DNA of 61,126 bases from a virus. Taxonomy: Duplodnaviria; Caudoviricetes. The DNA is taken from positions 1 through 61,126 of the IMG/VR virus record IMGVR_UViG_3300008954_003412. One strand, written 5' to 3'. Made by a program: the position numbers and the translations under genes. Positions 38,040 through 48,274 of the stretch are shown here, piece by piece (position 1 is the first letter of the stretch; every line of letters starts with the position of its first letter). The notes below the pieces were generated by a model, which was not told the DNA's origin, did not search any database, and worked only from the letters and a program-made list of their open reading frames with translations.

Positions 38040-38920
38040 TGAATATTCTTGTCACAGGCGGCAGCGGCTTTATAGGATCCCATATTGTCGAAGAGACTTT
38101 AAAGATAGGATGGAATGTATCTGTTATAGATAATGAATCTGCGCCAGAGAACAATAAGTTCTATAAATTTGACAATGCTGTGTATCATAAGCTTGATATA
38201 GTAAATGATAATATTGATCTATTATTTGAAAATATTGACTATGTTTTCCACCTCGCTGCAAAGTCAAGGATTCAACCTTCAATCAACTCACCCGGAAGTG
38301 CATTCGATACAAACGTCATAGGCACGCAGAGAGTCCTGGAGTGTGCTCTGAGACACTCTGTTAAGAAAGTGATTTACTCATCATCTTCGTCTTGCTACGG
38401 TCACAGAAATCAACCTCCTCATCGCGAGGATATGATACCAGATTGCCAGACACCCTACTCGTTGTCAAAGAAGCAGGGAGAAGAACTATGTCATCTTTAT
38501 TCTAAGCTTTATGGACTTTCAACTATCACGTTGCGTTATTTCAACGTTTACGGACCGAGAGAGCCAATCAAAGGGCAATATGCTCCTGTTATAGGCCTCT
38601 TTAAAAGAATGAAAGAAAATGGCCAACCCTTATCTGTTGTTGGTGACGGAGAACAAAGAAGAGATTTCACATACGTCAAAGATGTAGTTAGAGCAAATCT
38701 GATGGCAGCTGAATCTCCAATACATCATGACTTATTTAATATAGGGACTGGTCGAAATTATTCAATTAATGAGGTCGCAAAAATGATTGATGACGATATT
38801 GTTTATACACCTTCTCGAGTAGGAGAAGCAAGAGAGACACTTGCAAACATATCAAAGGCAACCCAATTACTTGGCTGGTCTCCTGAGCACAAGCTTGAAG
38901 ATACAATTCGTGAGTATTGA
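38039..38920 (+). CDS. NAD-dependent sugar epimerase/dehydratase (extended SDR)
   Basis: VTGGSGFIG; YSLSK; RYFNVYGPR; GDGEQRRDF. Confidence 0.92.
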   Translation: MNILVTGGSGFIGSHIVEETLKIGWNVSVIDNESAPENNKFYKFDNAVYHKLDIVNDNIDLLFENIDYVFHLAAKSRIQPSINSPGSAFDTNVIGTQRVLECALRHSVKKVIYSSSSSCYGHRNQPPHREDMIPDCQTPYSLSKKQGEELCHLYSKLYGLSTITLRYFNVYGPREPIKGQYAPVIGLFKRMKENGQPLSVVGDGEQRRDFTYVKDVVRANLMAAESPIHHDLFNIGTGRNYSINEVAKMIDDDIVYTPSRVGEARETLANISKATQLLGWSPEHKLEDTIREY

Positions 38921-38932
38921 TTAGTATAAGAT

Positions 38933-39760
38933 ATGGCATTATTTCCAACAGGCAAACCGCATATCTCCTTTTCAGAACTTTTTTGCTGGAAAGAGTGTCC
39001 ATATCGACACAAGCTAACACATATCGATAAACTTGGTTCATTTGATCCATCGCCCTATTTGGGTTTTGGAACAGGTGTCCACGAGTCTTGTGAAAAATAT
39101 ATCGATACTCGAGAAATGGATAAGACACTAGCTATAAATGAGATTGATCGATATTGGGATGAAAATCAAGAAGCAATTACAGAATATATAAATGCAAATG
39201 GATTCTGTAAATATTCACCTTTGCGGGATCAATGGAAGCAGATAGCCTCTGACATTCTCGACGATGTCCCTAGATTCTTAGACGAGACATTCCCTGGGTG
39301 GAAAGGTGTCAAAGCTGAGGAAGACCTCTACGAATCAATTCAGAATGATGAGATGTTATTCAAAGGCTTTATCGATGCTGTTATTATTAATAGAAACAAA
39401 AAAGGGCAACCAAAAATTTGGTTACTTGACTGGAAGACCGCAGGCTGGGGCTGGACGCCGAAGAAGAAGCAAGATTTCAATTATCAAATGCAGCTCCTGC
39501 TTTATAAACATTTTTGGGCAGAGAAGCATAATGTAAATCCCAAAGATGTCAAAATAGGTTTTGTTCTCTTGAAAAGAGACGGAAAAAATGGAAAAAGATG
39601 CGAACTTGTTGAGGTGTCAGGGTCTGCAGCAAAGGTTGAAAAAGCTCAAAAAGTTGTAAGATCTATGCTCGCTGCTGTTCGAAAAGGTTTTTACCCAAAA
39701 AATTATTCTGCTTGCCGATGGTGCGAGTTTAAGGGAACACAAAACTGTCCGGACTCTTAG
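38933..39760 (+). CDS. PD-(D/E)XK exonuclease, Cas4/RecB/AddB-like with Fe-S cysteines
   Basis: ECPY; KGFID; DWKT; QLLLY; CRWC...C. Confidence 0.88.
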   Translation: MALFPTGKPHISFSELFCWKECPYRHKLTHIDKLGSFDPSPYLGFGTGVHESCEKYIDTREMDKTLAINEIDRYWDENQEAITEYINANGFCKYSPLRDQWKQIASDILDDVPRFLDETFPGWKGVKAEEDLYESIQNDEMLFKGFIDAVIINRNKKGQPKIWLLDWKTAGWGWTPKKKQDFNYQMQLLLYKHFWAEKHNVNPKDVKIGFVLLKRDGKNGKRCELVEVSGSAAKVEKAQKVVRSMLAAVRKGFYPKNYSACRWCEFKGTQNCPDS

Positions 39761-39780
39761 TTTTTATAAATTATTTAATT

Positions 39781-39790
39781 TGTGTATTAT
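39781..39790 (+). promoter_or_regulatory. Putative extended -10 promoter TGTGTATTAT
   Basis: Third copy of the motif in an intergenic gap, preceded by TATAAATTAT as at 11763. Confidence 0.5.
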
Positions 39791-39817
39791 ATGTTTAGAC
39801 AAACTTAGAGGGTTTGA

Positions 39818-41086
39818 ATGAAAAGAAAAAAGATATTATTACTAAGCGATCATTTGCTTAGCACATCTGGTGTTGGTTGTCAATCTAGATTTTTGGCAAT
39901 GGGATTAGTCGAAAAGGGCCCGTGGACAGTAAGACAATTAGGTGCTGCAATAAAGCACGATAATTATGATGTTCATCATCCTCATCCCGAGGTTATTATT
40001 AAGCCTGTAGATGGCTTTGGTAATAGGGATATGCTAAGGCAGCTTCTTGCAACAGAAAAGCCTGATGTTTTATTATTGTTTACTGATCCCAGGTTTTTTG
40101 TTTGGGTTTGGCAAATGGAAGATGAGATACATCAAGTTTGTCCAATAGCATACTGGCATGTATGGGATAATGATCCATATCCCGCGTTTAATAGTGCATT
40201 TTATCAATCAACTGATCTTATCAACTGCCACTCACACAAGACATACGAGCTTGTAGGGGAAAGATTTCCAGAGAAAACAAATTTTATTCCTCATGCTCTT
40301 CCGCAAGATATGTTTTACCCGCTTGACAAGAATGCAATAGCAAACCACAAAAGAAGCCTTTTGGGCGAAGATAGAAAAGATCACTATGTTGGAATTTGGA
40401 TCAATAGAAATGCTAAAAGAAAGCGACCAAATGATGTAATGGCAGCTTGGAAGCTATTTTTGGATGAGCTAGAAGAGAAACACGGCCATAAAAATGCAAC
40501 CCTTATTATGCATACAGACCCATACGATCAAGAGGGGCCTAATCTTATCGCAACTATGGAACTACTTGGAGTCCAAGATAATGTCTTCCTTTCACCTCAA
40601 AGAATCGATTTCAATGAGATGAACATACTTCACAATATCTCAGACTTTTGTATTAATATTGCGCTAAATGAAGGATTTGGCTTACCTACACTTGAGTCAA
40701 TGCAAGCAGGAAACCCAATTATTGCGCAAACAACCGGCGGTCTTACAAGACAAGTTGTTGATCATAGGGATGGATCTGAAAATGGAATTGCATTGCCGCC
40801 CGATGCAAGATCTTTAGTAGGGAGTCAAATTGTACCCTATATATATGAAGATTATTGCACGAATGAAAACACCGCCTCCGCCATTATGAAAATGTATGAA
40901 ATGGGCCCAGAGGGAAGAGAAAAACTTGGAAAGAAAGCTAGAGAATATACTCTTTCTGAGTTTAATTTAGATGACACAATTGAAAAGTGGAATCAAACTT
41001 TGCTTGACTTGGTTGATAGATGGGAAAATGATAGAAAGTCAATCTACAAAAGCTGGAGAATGAAAACTCTTGGAGATAAAAAATGA
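39818..41086 (+). CDS. GT4 family glycosyltransferase
   Basis: NRNAKRK; NEGFGLPTLESMQAG.PII..TGG. Confidence 0.9.
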   Translation: MKRKKILLLSDHLLSTSGVGCQSRFLAMGLVEKGPWTVRQLGAAIKHDNYDVHHPHPEVIIKPVDGFGNRDMLRQLLATEKPDVLLLFTDPRFFVWVWQMEDEIHQVCPIAYWHVWDNDPYPAFNSAFYQSTDLINCHSHKTYELVGERFPEKTNFIPHALPQDMFYPLDKNAIANHKRSLLGEDRKDHYVGIWINRNAKRKRPNDVMAAWKLFLDELEEKHGHKNATLIMHTDPYDQEGPNLIATMELLGVQDNVFLSPQRIDFNEMNILHNISDFCINIALNEGFGLPTLESMQAGNPIIAQTTGGLTRQVVDHRDGSENGIALPPDARSLVGSQIVPYIYEDYCTNENTASAIMKMYEMGPEGREKLGKKAREYTLSEFNLDDTIEKWNQTLLDLVDRWENDRKSIYKSWRMKTLGDKK

Positions 41087-42252
41087 AAAAAGTAGTTTTA
41101 AGAGCTCCTGTTTTAACTCAAAGTGGCTACGGCGTTCATAGTAGACAAGTTGCTCGATGGTTAATAAATTTGGCAGAGCAAAAAAAGATTAGTCTTAGCA
41201 TACAGTGCGTTCCGTGGGGAGATACTTCGTGGTTTGTAAATGGTGACTTACATGACGGCCTAGTTGAAAAAATAATGAAGTACTCGTCTTTTAGTGATGA
41301 TAAAGCTGATGTCTCATTCCAGCTTATTCTTCCAAATGAATGGGTAAAAGATCTTGCCAGCTACAATGTTGGAATGACTGCGGGCGTAGAAACAACAAAG
41401 TGTCATCCAAATTGGATATCCTCAATCAATCAAATGAATGAAATTATAGTTCCTTCATCGCATGTAAGAGAAACGTTCAAAAACTCTGGGTTTTTGCACA
41501 AGCGAGTCACAGTTATTCCAGAATCGTTTCCTGATTCTTTGACAACACCCCCGGAAAATTTAGATTTAGATCTTGACACAGATTTTAATATTTTGATTTT
41601 TGGTCAACTTACAGCAGGAGATCCTGCTGCTGATAGAAAAAATATTATTAATACTTTGAAAACGCTGATCGCAACATTTGATAAAAATGAAGATGTTGGT
41701 ATTGTTTTAAAAACCAATCTTGGGAAAACAACAATATTGGACTATAAAATGCTGCAAGGCACAATAACAAAAGCATTGAAAGATATGGGGCACAAAGGAC
41801 TGCCAAAGATTCATATCTTGCATGGTACTATGACAGATGACGAAGTACGAGATCTCTATCATCACCCAAAGATTAGGGCGCTTATAAGCCTGACAAGAGG
41901 CGAAGGTTTTGGCTTACCGATTTTAGAAGCTGCTGCATGCGGACTTCCAATTATTGCAACTAAGTGGTCTTCGTATAGGGATTTTATGAAAGGTGATTCC
42001 TATATGAGTGTAAAGTATGATCTTGTTGATATACCGAAATCTAGAATTGATAATAATATTTTTGTTGAAGGTGCTAAGTGGGCGGAGCCTAATTTAGGTG
42101 ATGCAAGTAAAATACTAAGAAACTTTCATAAGTACCCAACAATTTATGAAAAAAGAGCAAAAAAGCACAAATCATTTATAACTGAAAACTATAGCTTCAA
42201 ATCAATTGAGAATCTATATAGTGAACACTTTAAAGAATTGTTATGCTTGTAG
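41083..42252 (+). CDS. GT4 family glycosyltransferase
   Basis: SGYG; DRKN; TRGEGFGLPILEAAACGLPIIAT. Confidence 0.9.
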   Translation: MKKVVLRAPVLTQSGYGVHSRQVARWLINLAEQKKISLSIQCVPWGDTSWFVNGDLHDGLVEKIMKYSSFSDDKADVSFQLILPNEWVKDLASYNVGMTAGVETTKCHPNWISSINQMNEIIVPSSHVRETFKNSGFLHKRVTVIPESFPDSLTTPPENLDLDLDTDFNILIFGQLTAGDPAADRKNIINTLKTLIATFDKNEDVGIVLKTNLGKTTILDYKMLQGTITKALKDMGHKGLPKIHILHGTMTDDEVRDLYHHPKIRALISLTRGEGFGLPILEAAACGLPIIATKWSSYRDFMKGDSYMSVKYDLVDIPKSRIDNNIFVEGAKWAEPNLGDASKILRNFHKYPTIYEKRAKKHKSFITENYSFKSIENLYSEHFKELLCL

Positions 42253-42533
42253 GGTCTTTAATTTTTCTTTCAATATTATGTATTATACAGATATTTGTAA
42301 TCGCTAAGCTTGCAAAAACTGTTTTTAATTTTGAAGACAATACTGAGCATGCGCTTGATGAAATTGACAAAGCTTATCAAGTAGTAAGTGAAATTCTTTC
42401 TCGACCTTTGTTTTATGACAGCCCAGAAGTAAGAGAAATTCATAGACAAATCGGGTTCGTCAATATTACCTTACTTAGTATAGCAAATAATATTTCCAAT
42501 ATCAAGGAAGAAGACTCCGAGGAAGAAGAATAA
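42243..42533 (+). CDS. Hypothetical membrane-anchored protein
   Basis: N-terminal hydrophobic helix; acidic tail. Confidence 0.7.
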   Translation: MLVGSLIFLSILCIIQIFVIAKLAKTVFNFEDNTEHALDEIDKAYQVVSEILSRPLFYDSPEVREIHRQIGFVNITLLSIANNISNIKEEDSEEEE

Positions 42534-42536
42534 ATT

Positions 42537-43307
42537 TTGACCAAAAAAGAAAAAACAAAAAAACCAAGAAGGCGCCGCGGCGCCGGCGACCCTAAAATTA
42601 TCAAAAAGAAAAAGCAAATAAAGCTTTATTTTAATGAGGATACACAGGCTGCAATTGAAAAGTTCCAATCTGCCGAATCCGATGAAGAAAAAAATGAAAT
42701 TTATGACAAGGATATCCGGCCTGCATTTGAAAAGCTTTCTGAAAATTTAATTTTTATTCATAAGTTTAATGCACTCCATGAGACATATGAAACACTTAAA
42801 AATGATTGTGTAACTTTTTTATATGAGACACTTTATAAGTTTGATGCTTCTAGAGGAACAAAGGCGTTTTCTTATTTTAATGTTGTGGCAAAAAACTTTC
42901 TTATTATAAAGTCTAAGCAAAAAACTGCATTTTTAAAAAAGAACGTTAGTGTTGAAGATAAAAAATATTTCTCATCTAATGAGATTCATTCATTTCAAGA
43001 AAAGAACATAGAGGATGCTCCTGAAGAAAAGCTAATAAAAGCAAGTGAAAAAATAATGATTTTTGATATGGTAAATCATTTGGAAGAAGAGGCTAGATCA
43101 AATAACGAAAAGGCATGTATTTCTGCAATAAAAACACTTTTTGAAAATGCAAATGATCTTGAATTTTTAAATAAAAGAGCAGTATTTGTTTACCTTAGAG
43201 AGATGAGTGGCTTATCTCCAAAACAGCTTACTACTGCAATTTCAAATCTTAAGAAAAAATACAGGGGGCTAAAAGAGAAAGATGAGTTCAGAATTTTCTT
43301 CGAATAA
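42537..43307 (+). CDS. Phage RNA polymerase sigma factor (gp55-like, probably late)
   Basis: YFNEDTQAAI; region-2-like KFDASRGTKAFSYFNVVAKN; C-terminal HTH-like segment; precedes structural genes. Confidence 0.72.
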   Translation: MTKKEKTKKPRRRRGAGDPKIIKKKKQIKLYFNEDTQAAIEKFQSAESDEEKNEIYDKDIRPAFEKLSENLIFIHKFNALHETYETLKNDCVTFLYETLYKFDASRGTKAFSYFNVVAKNFLIIKSKQKTAFLKKNVSVEDKKYFSSNEIHSFQEKNIEDAPEEKLIKASEKIMIFDMVNHLEEEARSNNEKACISAIKTLFENANDLEFLNKRAVFVYLREMSGLSPKQLTTAISNLKKKYRGLKEKDEFRIFFE

Positions 43308-43617
43308 TGACAAATCCAAAGAAGAAATTTGGAATGAAATTTACTCCAACGCTTTTCAAGATAGAGAAAAAGCCAGCATGTTAGTGACTAATCTTTGGAA
43401 AGAGATTACAACTGATCCTGAAAAACATGCATTATATGGTGGAACAATGACGAAGTATCTTGAAAGAATGTCTAAGTCAAATGACCAACTAGTTAAACTA
43501 GCTGAACTCATGCAAAAATCTGAATCGAATATAGAAGATGAAGTTGTAGATATCGATGATGTTTATGATAAAATTGATAACAATAAAATAAAAATAAAAG
43601 CATCTAACAATGAATAA
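43282..43617 (+). CDS. Hypothetical coiled-coil protein (possibly small-terminase-like)
   Basis: KYLERMSKSNDQLVKLA; coupled to the sigma gene; function is a guess. Confidence 0.6.
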   Translation: MSSEFSSNNDKSKEEIWNEIYSNAFQDREKASMLVTNLWKEITTDPEKHALYGGTMTKYLERMSKSNDQLVKLAELMQKSESNIEDEVVDIDDVYDKIDNNKIKIKASNNE

Positions 43618-45247
43618 GTTTTCCGATTTTAAAAAAGATGTAAATCAATTTGCAACAACAATAACACAGGCTATTGTACTTGAAGTTATTGATAATCCTT
43701 TAAACTTTAAAGATGATTTTAAGCTTGAGCTAGATTATTTTTCTTCCAAGCCGCCCAAAAATAAAACACCGTATTTCAAAACTGGGACGCCTACATTACT
43801 AAAAAAGCAAATTAAAATGGCGCCTCGCAATGCGATAATTGCTGTTTTACAAAATGAAACATCTCAAGTTCCAAAAGTCTTTTATCCTATCTTTTCAGGT
43901 CATCTTTCTTTGCCAGTTAAAGCAGGCGAGAATGTATGGATCATTTCTCCAAAATTACAAAATACTACATCAACAACACAAAAAGATGATGAAAATTCCG
44001 GAATTTCTGCCTCTATTGGCGAGGCATTTTGTGATGGATACTGGATATCAAGAGTTGTTTCTCCAATATATGCGGATGATCTCAATTTTACTCATGCAGA
44101 TCGTAATAGAAGCATTGAATATGTCCAGCAACAAAGACCTCTACCCATACCAAACCCAGCACAATTTGCTAATTTACGTCCACCGCATTTTCATAATGGT
44201 CCGTACCCAAACTCTGTTCTTCCCATACCAAACGAAGGTGATCCAACAACCTATACTCTTCCAAAAGAAAACGATTATGAAAGAATATTAACTGACGCAA
44301 AGTCTTCTTTGCATACGTCAAGACAAGCAGTTCCTGACTACTTCAAGAACCCCGGTGATATTCTTTTGCAAGGGTCAAATAATGCATTAATTTGCATAGG
44401 TGAAGATAAGCATGCTTATGACAACAAACTAGATGTGCCTCTAAGTAGAAAATCAGATGTTCTTACACCCGGGGTTGTAGGAAGAGGAACAATTGATATT
44501 GTTGCAGGAAGATGTAGCTTGCCTATAACACCAGACCTTCTTGATCCTAGCAAGATTACAGCAGTACCAAATGAAAGAATACCTGAGTTTGAAAAAGAAA
44601 AAAGAACTTGGGCACACAAAGCACCAGGAATATCTGTTGATAACTCAGGTGAACAAAAAATAGATTTTCTCTCAGATTTATCAAGAGTATATGTTTCTTC
44701 TAAAACAGATGGCGACGCAAATTTTGGTTATGGCGTCAATAGCAAGGGAATAAGTTCCAATTATCCTCTAGGAGTTGTACCAGGATATTTGCAACCCGTC
44801 CAGCAAAGCCCATTTGTTGCTCTAAGATCAACAGAGCTTCGAATGATATCTAGAAAACTACCCACAGGACAGGCAGGAAGCGTTAGAATCATTAAGGAGG
44901 GATCTCCTGGAGTTGATCAATCAATTATTGCAATGCAACCAGGAGGAGAAATCTATATTGATAGCCCGACTATTTCTTTGGCGCATAGTCAAATCCCCGG
45001 TGCTAATGGAGCTGGAAACAAAGTATTTATAGGCGGAACAGATGCTACTGAATCAATGGTTTTGGGAGATAATCTATTAAATCTTTTATCTAGCTTGGTT
45101 AACGCTATTATTAATAACGCGCCCAATTTTGTCGCCACAGGAACTGGTCCAGGAATTTTAAATCCTACGATTGTTTCCACGGCTACACAAATCAAAGCTT
45201 CATTAGACGCCAAAAGTATTCTTAGCAAAGTAGGAAAACTAAAATAA
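43610..45247 (+). CDS. Baseplate hub/spike protein (gp5/gpV-like)
   Basis: OB-fold-like LPVKAGENVWI; PGDILLQGSNN; C-terminal ESMVLGDNLLNLL; lies upstream of gp25. Confidence 0.65.
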   Translation: MNKFSDFKKDVNQFATTITQAIVLEVIDNPLNFKDDFKLELDYFSSKPPKNKTPYFKTGTPTLLKKQIKMAPRNAIIAVLQNETSQVPKVFYPIFSGHLSLPVKAGENVWIISPKLQNTTSTTQKDDENSGISASIGEAFCDGYWISRVVSPIYADDLNFTHADRNRSIEYVQQQRPLPIPNPAQFANLRPPHFHNGPYPNSVLPIPNEGDPTTYTLPKENDYERILTDAKSSLHTSRQAVPDYFKNPGDILLQGSNNALICIGEDKHAYDNKLDVPLSRKSDVLTPGVVGRGTIDIVAGRCSLPITPDLLDPSKITAVPNERIPEFEKEKRTWAHKAPGISVDNSGEQKIDFLSDLSRVYVSSKTDGDANFGYGVNSKGISSNYPLGVVPGYLQPVQQSPFVALRSTELRMISRKLPTGQAGSVRIIKEGSPGVDQSIIAMQPGGEIYIDSPTISLAHSQIPGANGAGNKVFIGGTDATESMVLGDNLLNLLSSLVNAIINNAPNFVATGTGPGILNPTIVSTATQIKASLDAKSILSKVGKLK

Positions 45248-45858
45248 TGTCTTTGAATAAACAGAAGCTTGTAAGTGAGCTTAAAAAAGCTTTTCAAAAA
45301 AATAGATCGATTGTAAAAAGCTCAACAGGACATGCCTCAAAATATAAGCAAATTGATTGTGCAAAATTTATTGCTGATGCCATCATTGAATATGCAATTG
45401 ATACAGAGATTCAAATTCCTGCACCATCGACCTTGCTGGGAACAACACCGTCGACCGCAGGAATCCCAGATCCAGGATCTTCTGGGATGAAGTTAAAAGT
45501 AATACAGCAGCAAGCAAAAGCAGGAAAAAGCAGTTTAGAAAACGGAATAAATAATAGTTTTGCAGCAGGCGATGCTTCAATGACAACTATTTCCGCAGCA
45601 ATTATTGTTTATATTTCATCTTTGCTTTCATTTAAAAATACGTCAGGAGCTATAAATGCTTCTGGAACAATTGCTGTAACTACACCTCCGATATTTGCTT
45701 CATCAATTTCAAAAGGCCTCGCCGGCCAATCGGAAGATAATGTAGTTAATGAAATGGCAACAATGATTCATTCATCTTTTTCATCCGCAGTTTTTACAGG
45801 CATAGGATCAAATACTGCGCCGCCCGCCACAGGTCCTATTATTAGTTTGCTATTATAA
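45247..45858 (+). CDS. Hypothetical structural protein
   Basis: Ser/Ala/Gly-rich; TAATG-coupled to the spike gene. Confidence 0.65.
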   Translation: MSLNKQKLVSELKKAFQKNRSIVKSSTGHASKYKQIDCAKFIADAIIEYAIDTEIQIPAPSTLLGTTPSTAGIPDPGSSGMKLKVIQQQAKAGKSSLENGINNSFAAGDASMTTISAAIIVYISSLLSFKNTSGAINASGTIAVTTPPIFASSISKGLAGQSEDNVVNEMATMIHSSFSSAVFTGIGSNTAPPATGPIISLLL

Positions 45859-45945
45859 AAGAAGTGTATATTTAATTATTGTGAACTTGTAGTGCAACAA
45901 AAGTAGGCAAAATGCTAATTATGTAACAAGGATCTTATAACAAAA

Positions 45946-46419
45946 ATGGCTGAAATAAGTTTTAAAAGTGTCGGAGAATCATTTGATGATTCTCAAAATA
46001 CACAAAATAGATCTTCGCCAACACCTGTTGGTTTAGCCTCTCCTTTACGCTTAAGTACAAATCAAAAAGATATTTTTGAAATGCACTATGATGTTCAAGA
46101 TCAAATTGATGATAATTTTAGAAACTTAATTCTTACAAATTATGGTGAGAGATTAGGTATGTATGATTTTGGTGCAAATCTTAGGCCGATTTTATTTTCG
46201 ATGTCGGGAAAAGATTTTGAAAAAGAATCAATGGCTAGAATTAAAAGAGCAACATCAAAATTCTTGCCGTTTATTAATCTTGAGACTTTTGAAATATCTT
46301 ATGATAATAGAGATACATCCCAAGGGTTGGCCACAGTTTTACTAATAATTTCTTATGGAATTCCGTCAATTGGTGCAACTGGAAAGAAAATTAAAGTTGC
46401 AATAACAGCGGGAGGATAG
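45946..46419 (+). CDS. Baseplate wedge protein gp25/gpW-like
   Basis: NLILTNYGERLGMYDFGANLRPILF; FLPFI. Confidence 0.88.
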   Translation: MAEISFKSVGESFDDSQNTQNRSSPTPVGLASPLRLSTNQKDIFEMHYDVQDQIDDNFRNLILTNYGERLGMYDFGANLRPILFSMSGKDFEKESMARIKRATSKFLPFINLETFEISYDNRDTSQGLATVLLIISYGIPSIGATGKKIKVAITAGG

Positions 46420-46420
46420 A

Positions 46421-48265
46421 TTGACAAAAGATACAAAAAATAGTTTAAGTAATATTAGAAATAGATCTTTTTTAAATAAAGATTTTGATGATTTTAGATC
46501 ACAGCTTTTAGATTATGCACAAACATACTTTCCGGATAGAATACAAGATTTTTCTGAAGCTTCTTTAGGCGGCCTCTTTTTAGATCTTGCAGCATATGTT
46601 GGTGATGTTTCATCTTTCTATCTTGACCACCAATTTAGAGAACTATCTCCCGATACTGCTGTTGAAAGAGACAATATTGAAAGACTTGCAAGAAGTGCAG
46701 GAATCAAGGTTTCTGGTGCTTCACCTGCAGTTGCTGATGTTTCATTCACAATAAAAGTTCAATCTCAACAAGCGGGTATAAAATATCAGCCTGCAGAATT
46801 TGATCTACCTGTTATTAAAAAATCTTCTACAATCGCCGCCGATAGCGGAGTTATTTTTGATTTAACAGAAGACATTGATTTTAGCGAAAGAGATGAAAAT
46901 AATGAGCTAATTGCTGATGTTGTTTTAAATGAAGTAAATGCTGACGGAACACCTAGAAATTATTTTGTTACTAGAACAGGCGTTTGTGTTTCAGGGGAGA
47001 GAATATCAGAAAATTTTGAAATTCAAGATTCGCATGTTCCGTTTAGAACAATAACACTTTCTAATCTAAATGTAAGTCAAATTCTTGACGTAAGAGATCT
47101 TGAAGGAAATGTTTACTATGAAGTTGATTCACTAACACAAGACACCGTTTTTGCAGCAATTCCAAACCTTGAAAAAGATAATAAAATAGTAAAAAGCAAA
47201 ATAGCGCTTAAGTCAGCTCCAAGAAGATTTGTAAGAGAATCTTCAACGGGAACAGGGCTAACTACACTTAGGTTTGGAAGCGGAGATCCTGGAACGCTAG
47301 ACGGAGATCTAATACCAGATCCATCAGAGCTAGCCTTACCTCTTTATGGAAAAAAGGTGTTTTCATCATTTACAATAGATCCAAATAATTTGCTCAAAAC
47401 TAAAACACTGGGAACATCACCAAGAAATACAACATTAACTGTGCAATACAGATCTGGCGGTGGATTAAGTCATAATGTATCATCTAAGTCAATAGTATCT
47501 GTAATGGGATTAGTAATGACTTTTCCAAATTCAATTTCAACAGCTAGTTCAACTGCAGTAAAAGCATCTCTAAGTGTTAACAATTCAAAACCAGCAAGCG
47601 GCGGCGAAGATCCCCTTACGATAGAGCAATTACGGGGCCTCATCGGCTCAGCTAGAAATTCACAAAGTAGAATAGTTACAAAGCAAGATCTTTTGGCTAG
47701 AATATACACAATGCCAGCAGATTTTGGAAGAGTATTTAGAGTAGGCGTTTCTGATAATCCAAGAAATCCACTTGCAACTACGATGTATATTGTCAACAGA
47801 GATTCACAAGGAAAACTATCATTGTCCCCCGATGCTTTAAAGAAAAATCTTGTAACTTATCTTAATGAGTTCAGATTAATCTCTGATGCAATTGATATTT
47901 TAGATGCAAAAATTGTCAATATAGGAATAAATTTCCAAATAGCTGTTGATCCAAGCTTCAATCCTACAGCAGTTTTGAATGCATGCATCAACAAGCTGTC
48001 AGCATATTGTCGTGTTGAAAACTTTCAAATTAATGAGCCGCTAAGACTTTCTGATCTTAACAATATTGTTTATAACACGCCCGGCGTTTTGTCTGTTGTT
48101 AAGCTAGTTCCTGTCGGTCTAGTAGGTAGTCTAAATAATAGAAATTACTCACCTGTTATTCACAATATGAAAGTAAATACTGTTAAAGGTATGACCTTCC
48201 CGCCAGATGGAGGAATATTTGAATTAAAATTCCCTAATTTTGATATCAAGGGAGCAGTAGTTTGA
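46421..48265 (+). CDS. Baseplate wedge protein gp6/J-like
   Basis: KDFDDFRSQL; DLAAYVGDVSSFYLD; LRFGSG; ASGGEDP; RIVTKQD. Confidence 0.88.
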   Translation: MTKDTKNSLSNIRNRSFLNKDFDDFRSQLLDYAQTYFPDRIQDFSEASLGGLFLDLAAYVGDVSSFYLDHQFRELSPDTAVERDNIERLARSAGIKVSGASPAVADVSFTIKVQSQQAGIKYQPAEFDLPVIKKSSTIAADSGVIFDLTEDIDFSERDENNELIADVVLNEVNADGTPRNYFVTRTGVCVSGERISENFEIQDSHVPFRTITLSNLNVSQILDVRDLEGNVYYEVDSLTQDTVFAAIPNLEKDNKIVKSKIALKSAPRRFVRESSTGTGLTTLRFGSGDPGTLDGDLIPDPSELALPLYGKKVFSSFTIDPNNLLKTKTLGTSPRNTTLTVQYRSGGGLSHNVSSKSIVSVMGLVMTFPNSISTASSTAVKASLSVNNSKPASGGEDPLTIEQLRGLIGSARNSQSRIVTKQDLLARIYTMPADFGRVFRVGVSDNPRNPLATTMYIVNRDSQGKLSLSPDALKKNLVTYLNEFRLISDAIDILDAKIVNIGINFQIAVDPSFNPTAVLNACINKLSAYCRVENFQINEPLRLSDLNNIVYNTPGVLSVVKLVPVGLVGSLNNRNYSPVIHNMKVNTVKGMTFPPDGGIFELKFPNFDIKGAVV

Positions 48266-48274
48266 GGTATATAA

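Noticed and set aside
38933-39760. CRISPR-Cas locus
   Set aside because: Only a solo Cas4-like nuclease; no repeat-spacer array or other cas genes seen.
11821-42252. Ordinary bacterial O-antigen/capsule locus
   Set aside because: No flippase, polymerase, ABC exporter or initiating transferase recognised, and it is contiguous with phage sigma and baseplate genes. A chimeric assembly cannot be excluded without reads.
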